This document shows, in pieces, positions 9,018-17,888 of a DNA stretch of 64,000 nt. Where the stretch lies: contig JAWKIR010000004.1 in NCBI GenBank assembly GCA_041394245.1, positions 2,797 to 66,796 on the forward strand, written 5' to 3'. Position numbers and translations under genes: made by a program. Each line of letters begins with the position of its first letter. Position 1 is the first letter of the stretch. Source of the DNA: Acidimicrobiales bacterium (lineage in GTDB: Bacteria; Actinomycetota; Acidimicrobiia; Acidimicrobiales; Aldehydirespiratoraceae). The notes beneath the pieces are model-generated. The model searched no databases. It worked only from the letters and a program-made list of their open reading frames with translations, and was not told where the DNA came from.

Positions 9018-10064
9018 TCAGACCATCAGATGGCGGGCGGAGTAGACGGGCAGGTCGAGCTGGGTGAGCACCCCCGGCTCGGCCTCGATCACGTGGGGGA
9101 TCGCGTTGAGCACGTGCATGGCGGTGGCGAGACAGCCGGCGTGGTTGTGGTCGCCCTTGCGTGACGACAGCTGGAGCTCCACCTTCAGGTCGGGCTCGCC
9201 GTCGATGAGGATGCGGTAGCCGTCGCCTTGCGGCCAATCGGGCGCATCCTGATCGCGCATACGGGTGACGTGTTCGACGACGATCCGTGGTTCGTCGCCG
9301 ATCATCCCCCGGATCTCGAACCTCATGCCGGAGATCGTGCCGGCCCGGATCCTGCCGCTGGCGATCTCGATGTCCTCGTCGGCCCGGATGACCTCGTGGG
9401 TCTCGGTGATGTCGTCGAGCTCGACGCCGAGGGCGTCGGCGACCGTGGCGACCACCGGGCCCCACGCCATCGTCGTCGAACCGGGGGAGAGCAGCAGTGA
9501 CTGGTGCGGCTCCGCCTTGCCGAACCCCATGATGTCGAACAGCGTCGGCGCGTTGTCCCAGGTCGCGTAGTTGATGATCTCCATCATGCGGACGCGCTCG
9601 ACCTCCTTGCAGAGGGCGAGCGTGTGCACGGCGAGGCCGACATTGCCGTAGCCGGGGTCGATGCCCGACGTGTAGAACGAGGTGCCGCCCTCCTCGCATG
9701 CCGCCTGCAGCTGGTCGTGGAACCCGGCCTGGCGGGGGTTGAGCAGGGGGACGAACGAGGTGTTCACGACGTTCTTGCCGCCGGCCAGCATCCGGCAGAG
9801 GTCGTCGACCACCTCGGCCGGCCGCACGTCGGAATGGGCCATGTAGCTGACGCAGTCGGCGTCGAGGGCGAGCAGGGCGTCGGCGTCCTGCGTCGCCGTC
9901 ACCCCGATCGGACCGATACCGCAGATCTCACCGGCATCGCGGCCGGCCTTGTCGTCGGAGTGCACCCACAGGCCGGCCAGCTCGAGGTCGGGATGCGCGT
10001 GGATGGCCGGCACGGCATGGACGCCGACCGTGCCGGTCGCCCATTGGATCACTCGATAGGTCAT
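9018..10064 (-). CDS. NAD(P)-dependent oxidoreductase, dihydrodipicolinate-reductase-like / amine-dehydrogenase-like family
   Basis: N-terminal Rossmann segment VIQWATGTVG. Overall pattern of the DapB-N-domain family. Confidence 0.65.
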   Translation of the reverse strand: MTYRVIQWATGTVGVHAVPAIHAHPDLELAGLWVHSDDKAGRDAGEICGIGPIGVTATQDADALLALDADCVSYMAHSDVRPAEVVDDLCRMLAGGKNVVNTSFVPLLNPRQAGFHDQLQAACEEGGTSFYTSGIDPGYGNVGLAVHTLALCKEVERVRMMEIINYATWDNAPTLFDIMGFGKAEPHQSLLLSPGSTTMAWGPVVATVADALGVELDDITETHEVIRADEDIEIASGRIRAGTISGMRFEIRGMIGDEPRIVVEHVTRMRDQDAPDWPQGDGYRILIDGEPDLKVELQLSSRKGDHNHAGCLATAMHVLNAIPHVIEAEPGVLTQLDLPVYSARHLMV

Positions 10065-10127
10065 GTCGTTCCTCGTGTCGGTCGGTCGCGGAGCCGGCCG
10101 ACCCGCAGTGTTGCACCTCCGGGTCGG

Positions 10128-11291
10128 TCAGAGGGCGGCGTAGAGCGCGTCGAAGATGCCCTCCCAGCGGGGATCGGACCTCGTCGGCCCCCACCACAGC
10201 CGGTTCATGGCGTAACCGAGCGACACGCCGGTGTCGGGGTCGACGATCCCGAGCGACCCGCCCGAGCCGTTGTGCCCGTAGGTCCGCTCGCCGGGACCGA
10301 ACGGCCACTCCGGGATCGTGTGCTCGAACCCGAGCCCGAACGCGGTCGGCAACTCCATGACCAGGTCGTCGCCGCGCACGTGGCAGCGGCCGAACTCCTC
10401 GACCAGCTCGGGCGACGCCACCCGCAGCTCCGGCACCGACCCGCCGCAGGCCAGCACCGCGTAGAGGCGGTCGAGCGCTCGCGCGTTGGCGTGCATGTTG
10501 GCGGCCGGGATCTCGGCCCGGCGAAACATCGGGGTCGTGCAGTGGTTGGGATCGTTGCTGTCGGGCGGATTGCCGAACGACTTCGGTCCGAGCGACGTTT
10601 TCGGGTCCCAACGATCGAAGAACGTGCCGTCGGGTGCCATCTCCACGACCAGATCCGACGTGCGGGCGTCGTCCCCGGCCGGCAGCGGCATCAGCAGATC
10701 GACGCCGAGCGGACTGCCCAGTTCGTCGCGCACGATCTCGCCGACGGTGCGGCCGGTGGCCCGGCGCAGCACCTCACCGATCAGATGGCCGTAGGTCACC
10801 CCGTGGTATCCGTGCCCCGAGCCCGGCTCCCACCACGGCGTCTGCGCGGCGAGCGCCGTGGTCATCGCGTCCCAGTCGCTGAGGGAGCCGAACGGCATCC
10901 GCGTTCCGATGGCGGACAGGCCGGCCTCATGGGTCAGCAGCCATCGGACCGGCAGGTCGGCCTTACCCTCGGCGGCGAACTCGGGCCAGTACTCGGCAAC
11001 CGGACGGTCGAGATCGACCAGGCCCTGCTCCACCGCCCACATCGTCGCGATCGCCACCACACCCTTCGTGCAGGAGAACACGCATACGAGCGACTCGCGC
11101 TGCCACGGCCGCGTTCGGGCTGCATCGAGATGACCGCCCCACAGGTCCACCACGTTGCGACCGTCGATACTCACCGCCAGCGACGCGCCGAGCTCGAGCC
11201 CCGCTTCGAAGTTGGCGGCAAACGCGTCGCGCACGGCGGCGAAGGCCGGGTCGACGGTCCCGTCGATCGGCGCGGCGGCCACGCCGTTCAT
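10128..11291 (-). CDS. serine hydrolase (beta-lactamase/esterase family)
   Basis: SxxK motif SCTK (VFSCTKGV) and class-C-like length. Start at MNGVAAAP (ATG 11291) overlaps the upstream stop (ATGA). Confidence 0.85.
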   Translation of the reverse strand: MNGVAAAPIDGTVDPAFAAVRDAFAANFEAGLELGASLAVSIDGRNVVDLWGGHLDAARTRPWQRESLVCVFSCTKGVVAIATMWAVEQGLVDLDRPVAEYWPEFAAEGKADLPVRWLLTHEAGLSAIGTRMPFGSLSDWDAMTTALAAQTPWWEPGSGHGYHGVTYGHLIGEVLRRATGRTVGEIVRDELGSPLGVDLLMPLPAGDDARTSDLVVEMAPDGTFFDRWDPKTSLGPKSFGNPPDSNDPNHCTTPMFRRAEIPAANMHANARALDRLYAVLACGGSVPELRVASPELVEEFGRCHVRGDDLVMELPTAFGLGFEHTIPEWPFGPGERTYGHNGSGGSLGIVDPDTGVSLGYAMNRLWWGPTRSDPRWEGIFDALYAAL

Positions 11292-11707
11292 CGCAGCGCC
11301 TTGGTGGCGTCGGGGTTGTGGAACTCTTTCCAGCCGCACACGAGACCGTCGCGGAAGCGGAGCACCCCGATGTAGCTGTTGCGATAGTCGTTGCCGTTGT
11401 GGGTCACCACGGCATCGCTGTGGTACTCGGCGATCAACGTGTCGGGGTCGACGAGGTCGTACACCGCGTCGACATGCTGCACGAACGACGAGAACATGGC
11501 GAACGTCTGGGTGGTGTTGGCCATCCAGGCATCGCGGCCCTCCACGGGGTTGGGCATGAACGACGGGCCGTAGGGGAGATCGAAGAGCAGGTCTTCGGTC
11601 ACCAGCGCGCCCAGCGCCTCGTACTCGCCGGCCGTGATGGCATCCATGATGGCCGTGAACGTGGCCCGGTTCGCTGCTCGCCGCTGATCATCGGCGGTGT
11701 CGGTCAT
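11288..11707 (-). CDS. SnoaL-like / NTF2-fold protein
   Basis: 139 aa. Pattern typical of ketosteroid-isomerase-like/SnoaL polyketide-cyclase-fold proteins. Confidence 0.65.
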   Translation of the reverse strand: MTDTADDQRRAANRATFTAIMDAITAGEYEALGALVTEDLLFDLPYGPSFMPNPVEGRDAWMANTTQTFAMFSSFVQHVDAVYDLVDPDTLIAEYHSDAVVTHNGNDYRNSYIGVLRFRDGLVCGWKEFHNPDATKALR

Positions 11708-11761
11708 GGTGATCGTCTCCTGTTCGGTGAACCCGGTCGGTTCGGTGATTCGGGTCGTGGG

Positions 11762-12721
11762 TCATGTGCGGGCGAGCTCGCTCAAGGTGGCAATGCACTC
11801 GGCTTGCGACGCAGCCGGATCGGCGCCGACCCCGAAGGGCGACAACACCACCTCGTCGGCCCCGGCGGCGAACAGCGCGCTCACCTGATCACCGATGCGG
11901 GCGGCGTCGCCCCACACCACGGCGGCGTCGATCATGTCGTCGCTCCACCGTCGACCGTCGAGTTCCACACCCGCGGCCTCGAACATGTTCCGGTAGTAGG
12001 GCATCTGCGGATAGATGCCGAGGTCTGTGGCCGCCATCGCGTGCACCTCGTCGCGGTCGGTCGTGAGCGCGCAGGGCAGCTCGGCGATGAGCGGGGGCGG
12101 CGTGTCCCGCTCGGTGTCGTCGGCGCCGCGGGCCATGGCCGGCGCGACCACGGCGGTCAGGTACGGCGCCGGCGTGAGCCAGCACAGGGCGCCGTCGGCG
12201 TGCCCGCCCGCCACCCGGGCCATCTGGGGCCGCAGCACCGCCAGCAGCACGGGTGGCGCGGTGTCCGGCGACCCGATCCCGGCCCCTTCGACATCGAGGA
12301 AGGCCTGCACCCGGAAGCGATCGCCCTGGTGTTCGACGGCGCCGGTGTGCAACAGCGTGCGGACGACATCGAGGTACTCCCGGCTGTGCGACACCGGCCG
12401 GTCCATGTCGATGCCGTACATGCCCATGACGGGCACGTGGCTGGGGCCGACGCCGAGCCGGAAGCGGCCCGAACAGGCGGCGTTGGCGGTGGCGGCCTGT
12501 TGTGCGGCGACCACGGGATGGCGGGGCCAGCTCGGGATCACGGCGACACCGAGGGCGATCCGGCTGGTCGCCGGGCCGGCCATCGCCAGTGCCATGACGG
12601 GGTCGAACCCGAAGGCGGAGCCCAGCCACATGCCGTGGAAGCCCTGCGCCTCCGCCGCGACCGCGAGGTCACGTACCGCATCGAGGCTCCGGGTCTCGGG
12701 GAACAGCAGTGAGAGCTTCAT
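11762..12721 (-). CDS. LLM-class flavin/F420-dependent oxidoreductase
   Basis: Luciferase-like monooxygenase pattern (FHGMWLGS...RFRLGVGPSH). Confidence 0.85.
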   Translation of the reverse strand: MKLSLLFPETRSLDAVRDLAVAAEAQGFHGMWLGSAFGFDPVMALAMAGPATSRIALGVAVIPSWPRHPVVAAQQAATANAACSGRFRLGVGPSHVPVMGMYGIDMDRPVSHSREYLDVVRTLLHTGAVEHQGDRFRVQAFLDVEGAGIGSPDTAPPVLLAVLRPQMARVAGGHADGALCWLTPAPYLTAVVAPAMARGADDTERDTPPPLIAELPCALTTDRDEVHAMAATDLGIYPQMPYYRNMFEAAGVELDGRRWSDDMIDAAVVWGDAARIGDQVSALFAAGADEVVLSPFGVGADPAASQAECIATLSELART

Positions 12722-13506
12722 CGCGGCAGGTTGGGGGATCCGATGGGACCGCTGAGGTACCCACCATCGACCACGAACTCACCGCCGGTGCAGTACGACG
12801 CTTCGTCGGAGAGCAGGAAGGCGACCAAGTGGGCCACCTCGGCGGGTTCGCCGACCCGACCGAGCGGCACCACGCCGCCCAACGCCTCGATGTGGTCGGT
12901 GCCGGGCGGCATGCCCCCGGCCAGCATCGGCGTGTCGATCGGTCCGGGATGGACCGAGTTGACCCGCACGTTCTTGCGAGCCAGCTCCAGCGCCGCCACC
13001 TTCGTGAGTCCCCGCAGGGCGAACTTCGACGACACGTAGCCGGCGATCCCCCACGCCCCCACGAACCCGTTGACCGACGAGACGTTGACGATGCTGCCCC
13101 CGCCGGCCGCCACGATGGCCGGCGCCACCACGTGGACGCCGGTGAACGCCCCGATCTGGTTGATCTCGATCAGGTTGCGGTAGTCGTCGACCGAGGTCTT
13201 GACGATCGGCTTGGGCTGCCCGCTCACGCCGGCGTTGTTGACGAGGCCCGTCACCGGACCGAAGGCGGCCTCGGCCGCGGCGAGCGCAGCCCGCCAATCG
13301 GCCTCGGACCGCACGTCGAGGTGCTGGTAGATGGCCGGGTCGCCGATGTCGTCGGCCACGGCCTGGCCGGCCCCGTCGTCGACGTCGGCCACCACCACCC
13401 GGGCGCCCTGGGCGGCGAGGAGGCGGACCTCGGCCGCGCCCTGACCGCCGGCCGAACCCGAGACGATCACCACCTGCCCGGCGAGTCGGTCGGACATGTC
13501 GGTCAT
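12718..13506 (-). CDS. SDR-family oxidoreductase
   Basis: VSGSAGGQG cofactor motif, NNAG, and the S...YxxxK catalytic motif (YVSSK). ATGA overlaps at both ends. Confidence 0.9.
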   Translation of the reverse strand: MTDMSDRLAGQVVIVSGSAGGQGAAEVRLLAAQGARVVVADVDDGAGQAVADDIGDPAIYQHLDVRSEADWRAALAAAEAAFGPVTGLVNNAGVSGQPKPIVKTSVDDYRNLIEINQIGAFTGVHVVAPAIVAAGGGSIVNVSSVNGFVGAWGIAGYVSSKFALRGLTKVAALELARKNVRVNSVHPGPIDTPMLAGGMPPGTDHIEALGGVVPLGRVGEPAEVAHLVAFLLSDEASYCTGGEFVVDGGYLSGPIGSPNLPR

Positions 13507-14699
13507 GTGGAACTCCCTTGGTCGAAGACCGGGATCAGCTCTTCGCCGACGCGGCGAATGCTGGTCATGACCCGGTCGTGGTCGAGATGGCCGAACTGCA
13601 TCAGGCACATGAGACGGTCGAACCCGACGTCTCGGTACTTCTCGATCTTGCGCCGGCACGTCTCGACGTCGCCGATGATGACCGAGTCCTGGTCGGCCAG
13701 GGCCTCGTAGGCCTCGACCGGGTCGATCGGTTGGCCGAGCACCTGGCGGTTCATGAGCCGGATGATGGGGTTGGGATCGTCGGGGTCGAGGTCGACCATG
13801 ATCTTCGACTCGTCGTCGAGGGCCGCTCGCCCCCGTGAGTCGCCCGCGTTCACGTTGCCCCGGATCATGTTGGTCCAGATCTTGCGAGGTACCGCGAACA
13901 CCTTCGGCGCGGCGTTGACGTACCACATGGCGGCCTCGGCGGCCCGGCTGGCGATGGCCTCGTCGATCGTCTCGGTGCAGTGCACGAAGGTGAACACCGC
14001 CCGCTGGTCGTTGGGCTCGACGCCCACGATGTCGGTGGCCTCGGCTCGGCCGGCGTCGTACTCGGCGAGCATCTCCTCGAGCACCGACACGGGCGACAGC
14101 AGCGTGGTGCTCAACACACCGAGCCCGAGCTGACCGGCCAGCCGGAAGCTGCCGGGCGACGAGACGGTCTGCCACAGGCGCGGGTGGGGGCGCTGCACCG
14201 GCTGTGGGACGAGGGTGCGGGAGGGGATGTCGAGCCGCTCCGACGACCAGCTGAACTCGGGCTCGGTCCAGGCGGTGACCATGAGCCGGGCCGCTTCCTC
14301 GAGCTCGGCCAGGGTGTGGTCGCCGTCGATCTCGAACGTCGCCCACTCGGCGCCGCCGGAGCGGGCCAGGCCGACCTCGGCCCGACCACCGGAGAGGTGG
14401 TCGAGCACGGCCACCCGCTCGGCCGCGCGCAGCGGATGGTTGATGCGGAACGGGGTGAGCACCCCGGCATGCCCCACACGGAGTCGTGAGGTTCGCATGG
14501 CGATGGCCACGTTCATCAGTTCGGGGGCGCCGGAATGCGAGAACTCCGGGGTGCAGTGGTGCTCGACCGACCACCAGCAGCCGTAGCCGAGCCGGTCGGC
14601 CAGCTCGGCCTGCTCCAGGGCGTCGGCGAAGACGCGGCTCTGGGTGGCGGTGTCGGTCGGGCCCGGTCGCTGGAGCTCGTTGAACAGGTCGACGATCAT
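13503..14699 (-). CDS. LLM-class flavin-dependent monooxygenase
   Basis: Luciferase-like pattern (GYGCWWSVEHH...). Start set at MIVDLFNEL (ATG 14699). Confidence 0.85.
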   Translation of the reverse strand: MIVDLFNELQRPGPTDTATQSRVFADALEQAELADRLGYGCWWSVEHHCTPEFSHSGAPELMNVAIAMRTSRLRVGHAGVLTPFRINHPLRAAERVAVLDHLSGGRAEVGLARSGGAEWATFEIDGDHTLAELEEAARLMVTAWTEPEFSWSSERLDIPSRTLVPQPVQRPHPRLWQTVSSPGSFRLAGQLGLGVLSTTLLSPVSVLEEMLAEYDAGRAEATDIVGVEPNDQRAVFTFVHCTETIDEAIASRAAEAAMWYVNAAPKVFAVPRKIWTNMIRGNVNAGDSRGRAALDDESKIMVDLDPDDPNPIIRLMNRQVLGQPIDPVEAYEALADQDSVIIGDVETCRRKIEKYRDVGFDRLMCLMQFGHLDHDRVMTSIRRVGEELIPVFDQGSST

Positions 14700-14700
14700 C

Positions 14701-15648
14701 TCAGAGCACCGCCACCGGATTGATCGGCGAACCGGTGCCGCCGGCGATGCGCAGCGGCGACACGACGAACTGGAACTCGTACCGCCCCGCCGCCGCGCAG
14801 GCATCGGCGAGGGCGTCGAGCCGGAGGTTGTCGAGCAGGTGTACCCCCATGCCCACGAGCAGGCACTGGTGCAGGGGCATCGACCACCGATGGTCGTTCG
14901 CGGGCAGCGGATCGGTCACACCGTCGGCGCCGACCACGGCCGGGTCGGCCTCGACCAACCAGGGCACGCACTCGGGGTGGAGCCCGGCGAGGCCACCCCG
15001 GTTCGGCTCCCACGGCCCGAGGGCGGACCGTCGCCGGTCGCGCCCGGTGTGCACGAGGAGGATGTCGCCCGGCTCGGTGGCCACGTTCTGTTCCGCCAGC
15101 GCGGCGTCGAGCTCGTCGGGGCCGGCGGCATCGCCGGGCTCGAGCCAGTCCACCCCGCGGTGTGCAGCGAGGTCGATCAGCACACCCCGGCCGACGAGAC
15201 CGCCGAACCCGGCATCGATGCCGCCGTGGCGGGCGCCGAGGGTGGTGACCGCGGCGGCCGGGTGCCCGTTGTACATCTGGCCGTCGACGAACACGTGACA
15301 GAGGGCGTCGATGTGCGACACCGACATGCCGTGGAACGCCACGCCCACGAAGTCGAGCGACGCCTGGAGGGCATCGGGGCCGAAGGCGCCGCACACGTCG
15401 CCCCCCATGACCATGTGGTGCATGGCCGGGCTGGGGTTGTCGACTCCGGGACGCACCGCCAGATCGCGCCCGCACGACACCACGGTGCCGTCGACCACCA
15501 ACCCGGCGGCCCGGCGGGTACGTTCGGCGGTGAGCAGGTTGAGCGCGCCGCGTTCGTCGGCCTCGCCGAAGCGTCCCCACCGCCGGGCCTGGGCGAACAG
15601 CTCGTCGCCGCGCTCGGCCGTGATCCGCTCGATCGACGGGTCAGCCAT
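14701..15648 (-). CDS. cyclase-family protein (kynurenine-formamidase-like fold)
   Basis: HIDALCH metal-binding-type motif, GVLIDL, ILLVHTG. The stop lies 1 nt from the downstream start. Confidence 0.7.
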   Translation of the reverse strand: MADPSIERITAERGDELFAQARRWGRFGEADERGALNLLTAERTRRAAGLVVDGTVVSCGRDLAVRPGVDNPSPAMHHMVMGGDVCGAFGPDALQASLDFVGVAFHGMSVSHIDALCHVFVDGQMYNGHPAAAVTTLGARHGGIDAGFGGLVGRGVLIDLAAHRGVDWLEPGDAAGPDELDAALAEQNVATEPGDILLVHTGRDRRRSALGPWEPNRGGLAGLHPECVPWLVEADPAVVGADGVTDPLPANDHRWSMPLHQCLLVGMGVHLLDNLRLDALADACAAAGRYEFQFVVSPLRIAGGTGSPINPVAVL

Positions 15649-16171
15649 CCGTGGTCCTCTCGGGTAGGTGGTCGATCCGGCTGCCGAGCAGGCCGTCGGC
15701 GTATTCGATCAGCTCGACGATGTAGCCGTCGGGGTCGCGGCACGAGCAGACGTTGACGATGCCCGCCTGCTCCGCCGACTGGGGCTGCGACACGAACTCG
15801 ATGCCGCGCGCCGAAAGGTCCTCGTAGGCGGCCGCGACGTTGCGGGTGCGCAGCGCGATGATGCGGGGGACGCGTTCCTCGCGTGGCCCCGCTGGTGGCG
15901 GCGCCAGCTCGGGTTCGAGCCACTGGATCAGGTCGAGTCGGGTGTGGTCGGGGCCGTCGCCGATGCCGAGCAGCGCGCCGCGGCCCTGGGCCACCGGCAT
16001 GCCGAAATTGCGGGCCACCATCCGGGGCCAGACCACGTCGCGGTTGTCGCGCAGGACCCGGAAACCGAGCGTCGTGTAGAAGTCGAGCGACCGTTCGAAG
16101 TCGGTGACCTCGACGGTGAAATGGAACAACGACTGGACCTCCCAGTCGCGTCCGTCCGGCTGGTCGTCCAT
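15641..16171 (-). CDS. VOC/glyoxalase-family protein
   Basis: SLFHFTVEVTDFERSLDFYT...DPDGYIVELIE, the typical glyoxalase/bleomycin-resistance fold pattern. 8-nt overlap with the cyclase gene. Confidence 0.8.
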   Translation of the reverse strand: MDDQPDGRDWEVQSLFHFTVEVTDFERSLDFYTTLGFRVLRDNRDVVWPRMVARNFGMPVAQGRGALLGIGDGPDHTRLDLIQWLEPELAPPPAGPREERVPRIIALRTRNVAAAYEDLSARGIEFVSQPQSAEQAGIVNVCSCRDPDGYIVELIEYADGLLGSRIDHLPERTTDG

Positions 16172-17718
16172 CACCCCACCCTCCGCTCGTGACCCGCCCA
16201 GTACCGTTCGCGCAGGGCGGATTTGAGAATCTTCCCCCCGGCATTGCGGGGGATCGCGTCGGCCACCTCGATGCTCTGCGGCGCCTTGAAACGGGCGAGG
16301 AAGACGGCACAGTGCGCCACGAGCGCATCGAGTTCGATGTCGTGTCCGGCCGCGGGCACCACCACGGCATGGACCGCCTCTCCCCACCGCTCGTGGGGGA
16401 CGGCGATCACTGCGACGTCGGCCACCGCCGGGTGGGCGAGGAGCACCGACTCGACCTCGCGCGACGCCACGTTCTCCCCGCCGCTCACGATCATGTCCGC
16501 CCGCCGGTCGCAGACCGTGAGCAGGTTCTCCGCGTCCACGAATCCGAGATCGCCGGTATGGAGCCATCCGTCGGCCAGCGCGGCGGCAGTGTCGTCGGGT
16601 CGGTTCCAGTAGCCGTCCATGAGCTGGGGTCCGCGGGCCACGATCTCGCCGACCGTGCCGACCGGAACCGGGGCACCCGCGTCGTCCACGATGCGGATCT
16701 CGGTGCCGGGAAGCGGTCGCCCGCACGATGCCAACAGCTCGGGTCGCTCGGCGAGAGCGGTGCGGTGGTCGGCCTCGGTGAGATAGGTGAGTCCGGCCGA
16801 CGACTCGGTCTGACCGAACCCCTGGTAGAAGTCGCAGTCGAAGACTTCCATGGCCCGGCGAAGCACGGGCTCGGCGATCGCCGAGCCGCCGTAGGCGATC
16901 GACTGGAGGTCGGGGTACTCCCGCCCGTCGACCCCGGGAACCGCCAGGCACGCCTGGATCATCGCCGGCACCAGCGTCGTGAGCGCGATCCTGTCGTGCT
17001 GCAGTGCCTCCACCACACGGGCCGGATCGAAGCCCCGGTGGATCACCAGGCAGCCGCCGCCGATCACACAGTTGAAGGCGGTGATCACCGCGGCGGCGTG
17101 GAAGAGCGGTGCCACGATCAGCCACCGATCGCCGACGTCGACACCGGTCGCCACGCCCGCGGTGACCTGGGCACAGTTCGCCAGCACCGAGCGATGCGAC
17201 AGGATCACACCCTTGGGGGAGCCGGTCGTGCCGCTCGTGTACATCTGGTAGAGCGTGGCATCGGGGTTCGGGCGCGGGTGCCCCACGGGGAGCGGCTCGC
17301 CGTCGATCCACTCGTCCCACGCCACCCATCCTTCGGGAGGTACACCGACCGCCACGTGGATGGGCAGGTCGACGGAGTCCTCGACGGTCGCCGCCACCTC
17401 GGTATCGGCGATCAGTGCCCGCGCGCCGCTGTCGGCCAGAACGAACGCGATCTCCGCCGGGGCCAGTCGGGGGTTGAGCGGCACGGGCACCGCCCCGACC
17501 ATCGAGGCCGCGTAGTAGACGATCGCGTGCTCGACCGAGTTGGGCCCGGCGAAGGCGAAACGGTCGCCCGGGCCCACGCCCGACCGCACGAGGGCGCCGG
17601 CCGCCCGCCGCGCCATGTCGAGCGCGGCGCCGTACGTCAGCGTGCGGTCACCGTCGACGGCGAACACGATCTCGGGTCGGGACCGGGCATGGAACTCGAA
17701 GACGTCGTGCAGCAGCAC
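16171..17718 (-). CDS. AMP-dependent acyl-CoA synthetase/ligase
   Basis: YTSGTTGSPKG AMP-binding motif and a C-terminal GKILK. Start placed at GTG 17718 (VLLHDVFEF...), preceded by GGGGGAGG. The listed longer ORF start is probably spurious. Confidence 0.8.
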   Translation of the reverse strand: MLLHDVFEFHARSRPEIVFAVDGDRTLTYGAALDMARRAAGALVRSGVGPGDRFAFAGPNSVEHAIVYYAASMVGAVPVPLNPRLAPAEIAFVLADSGARALIADTEVAATVEDSVDLPIHVAVGVPPEGWVAWDEWIDGEPLPVGHPRPNPDATLYQMYTSGTTGSPKGVILSHRSVLANCAQVTAGVATGVDVGDRWLIVAPLFHAAAVITAFNCVIGGGCLVIHRGFDPARVVEALQHDRIALTTLVPAMIQACLAVPGVDGREYPDLQSIAYGGSAIAEPVLRRAMEVFDCDFYQGFGQTESSAGLTYLTEADHRTALAERPELLASCGRPLPGTEIRIVDDAGAPVPVGTVGEIVARGPQLMDGYWNRPDDTAAALADGWLHTGDLGFVDAENLLTVCDRRADMIVSGGENVASREVESVLLAHPAVADVAVIAVPHERWGEAVHAVVVPAAGHDIELDALVAHCAVFLARFKAPQSIEVADAIPRNAGGKILKSALRERYWAGHERRVG

Positions 17719-17888
17719 CGATCGACCTCCCCCAAGGCTCTCGACCGAGACCGGACCGTACCCTGCCGACCCGCACGCCTGCCAGCGGCACGTCCGGGCC
17801 GGTCGTGTCGATCGATCTGGGCATGAGGGCGCCGATCCTCTAGCGTCGCGGCGCGCCGCAACCGGCACCCGAGCCAGGGGAGACCTCC

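Noticed and set aside
9504-11375. 623-aa plus-strand ORF
   Set aside because: It is antisense to the DapB-like and serine hydrolase genes. It is a shadow ORF.
17848-17859. GCGGCGCGCCGC perfect palindrome in the ligase/ACAD divergent region
   Set aside because: Short all-GC palindromes are expected by chance at this base composition, and no cognate regulator is adjacent.
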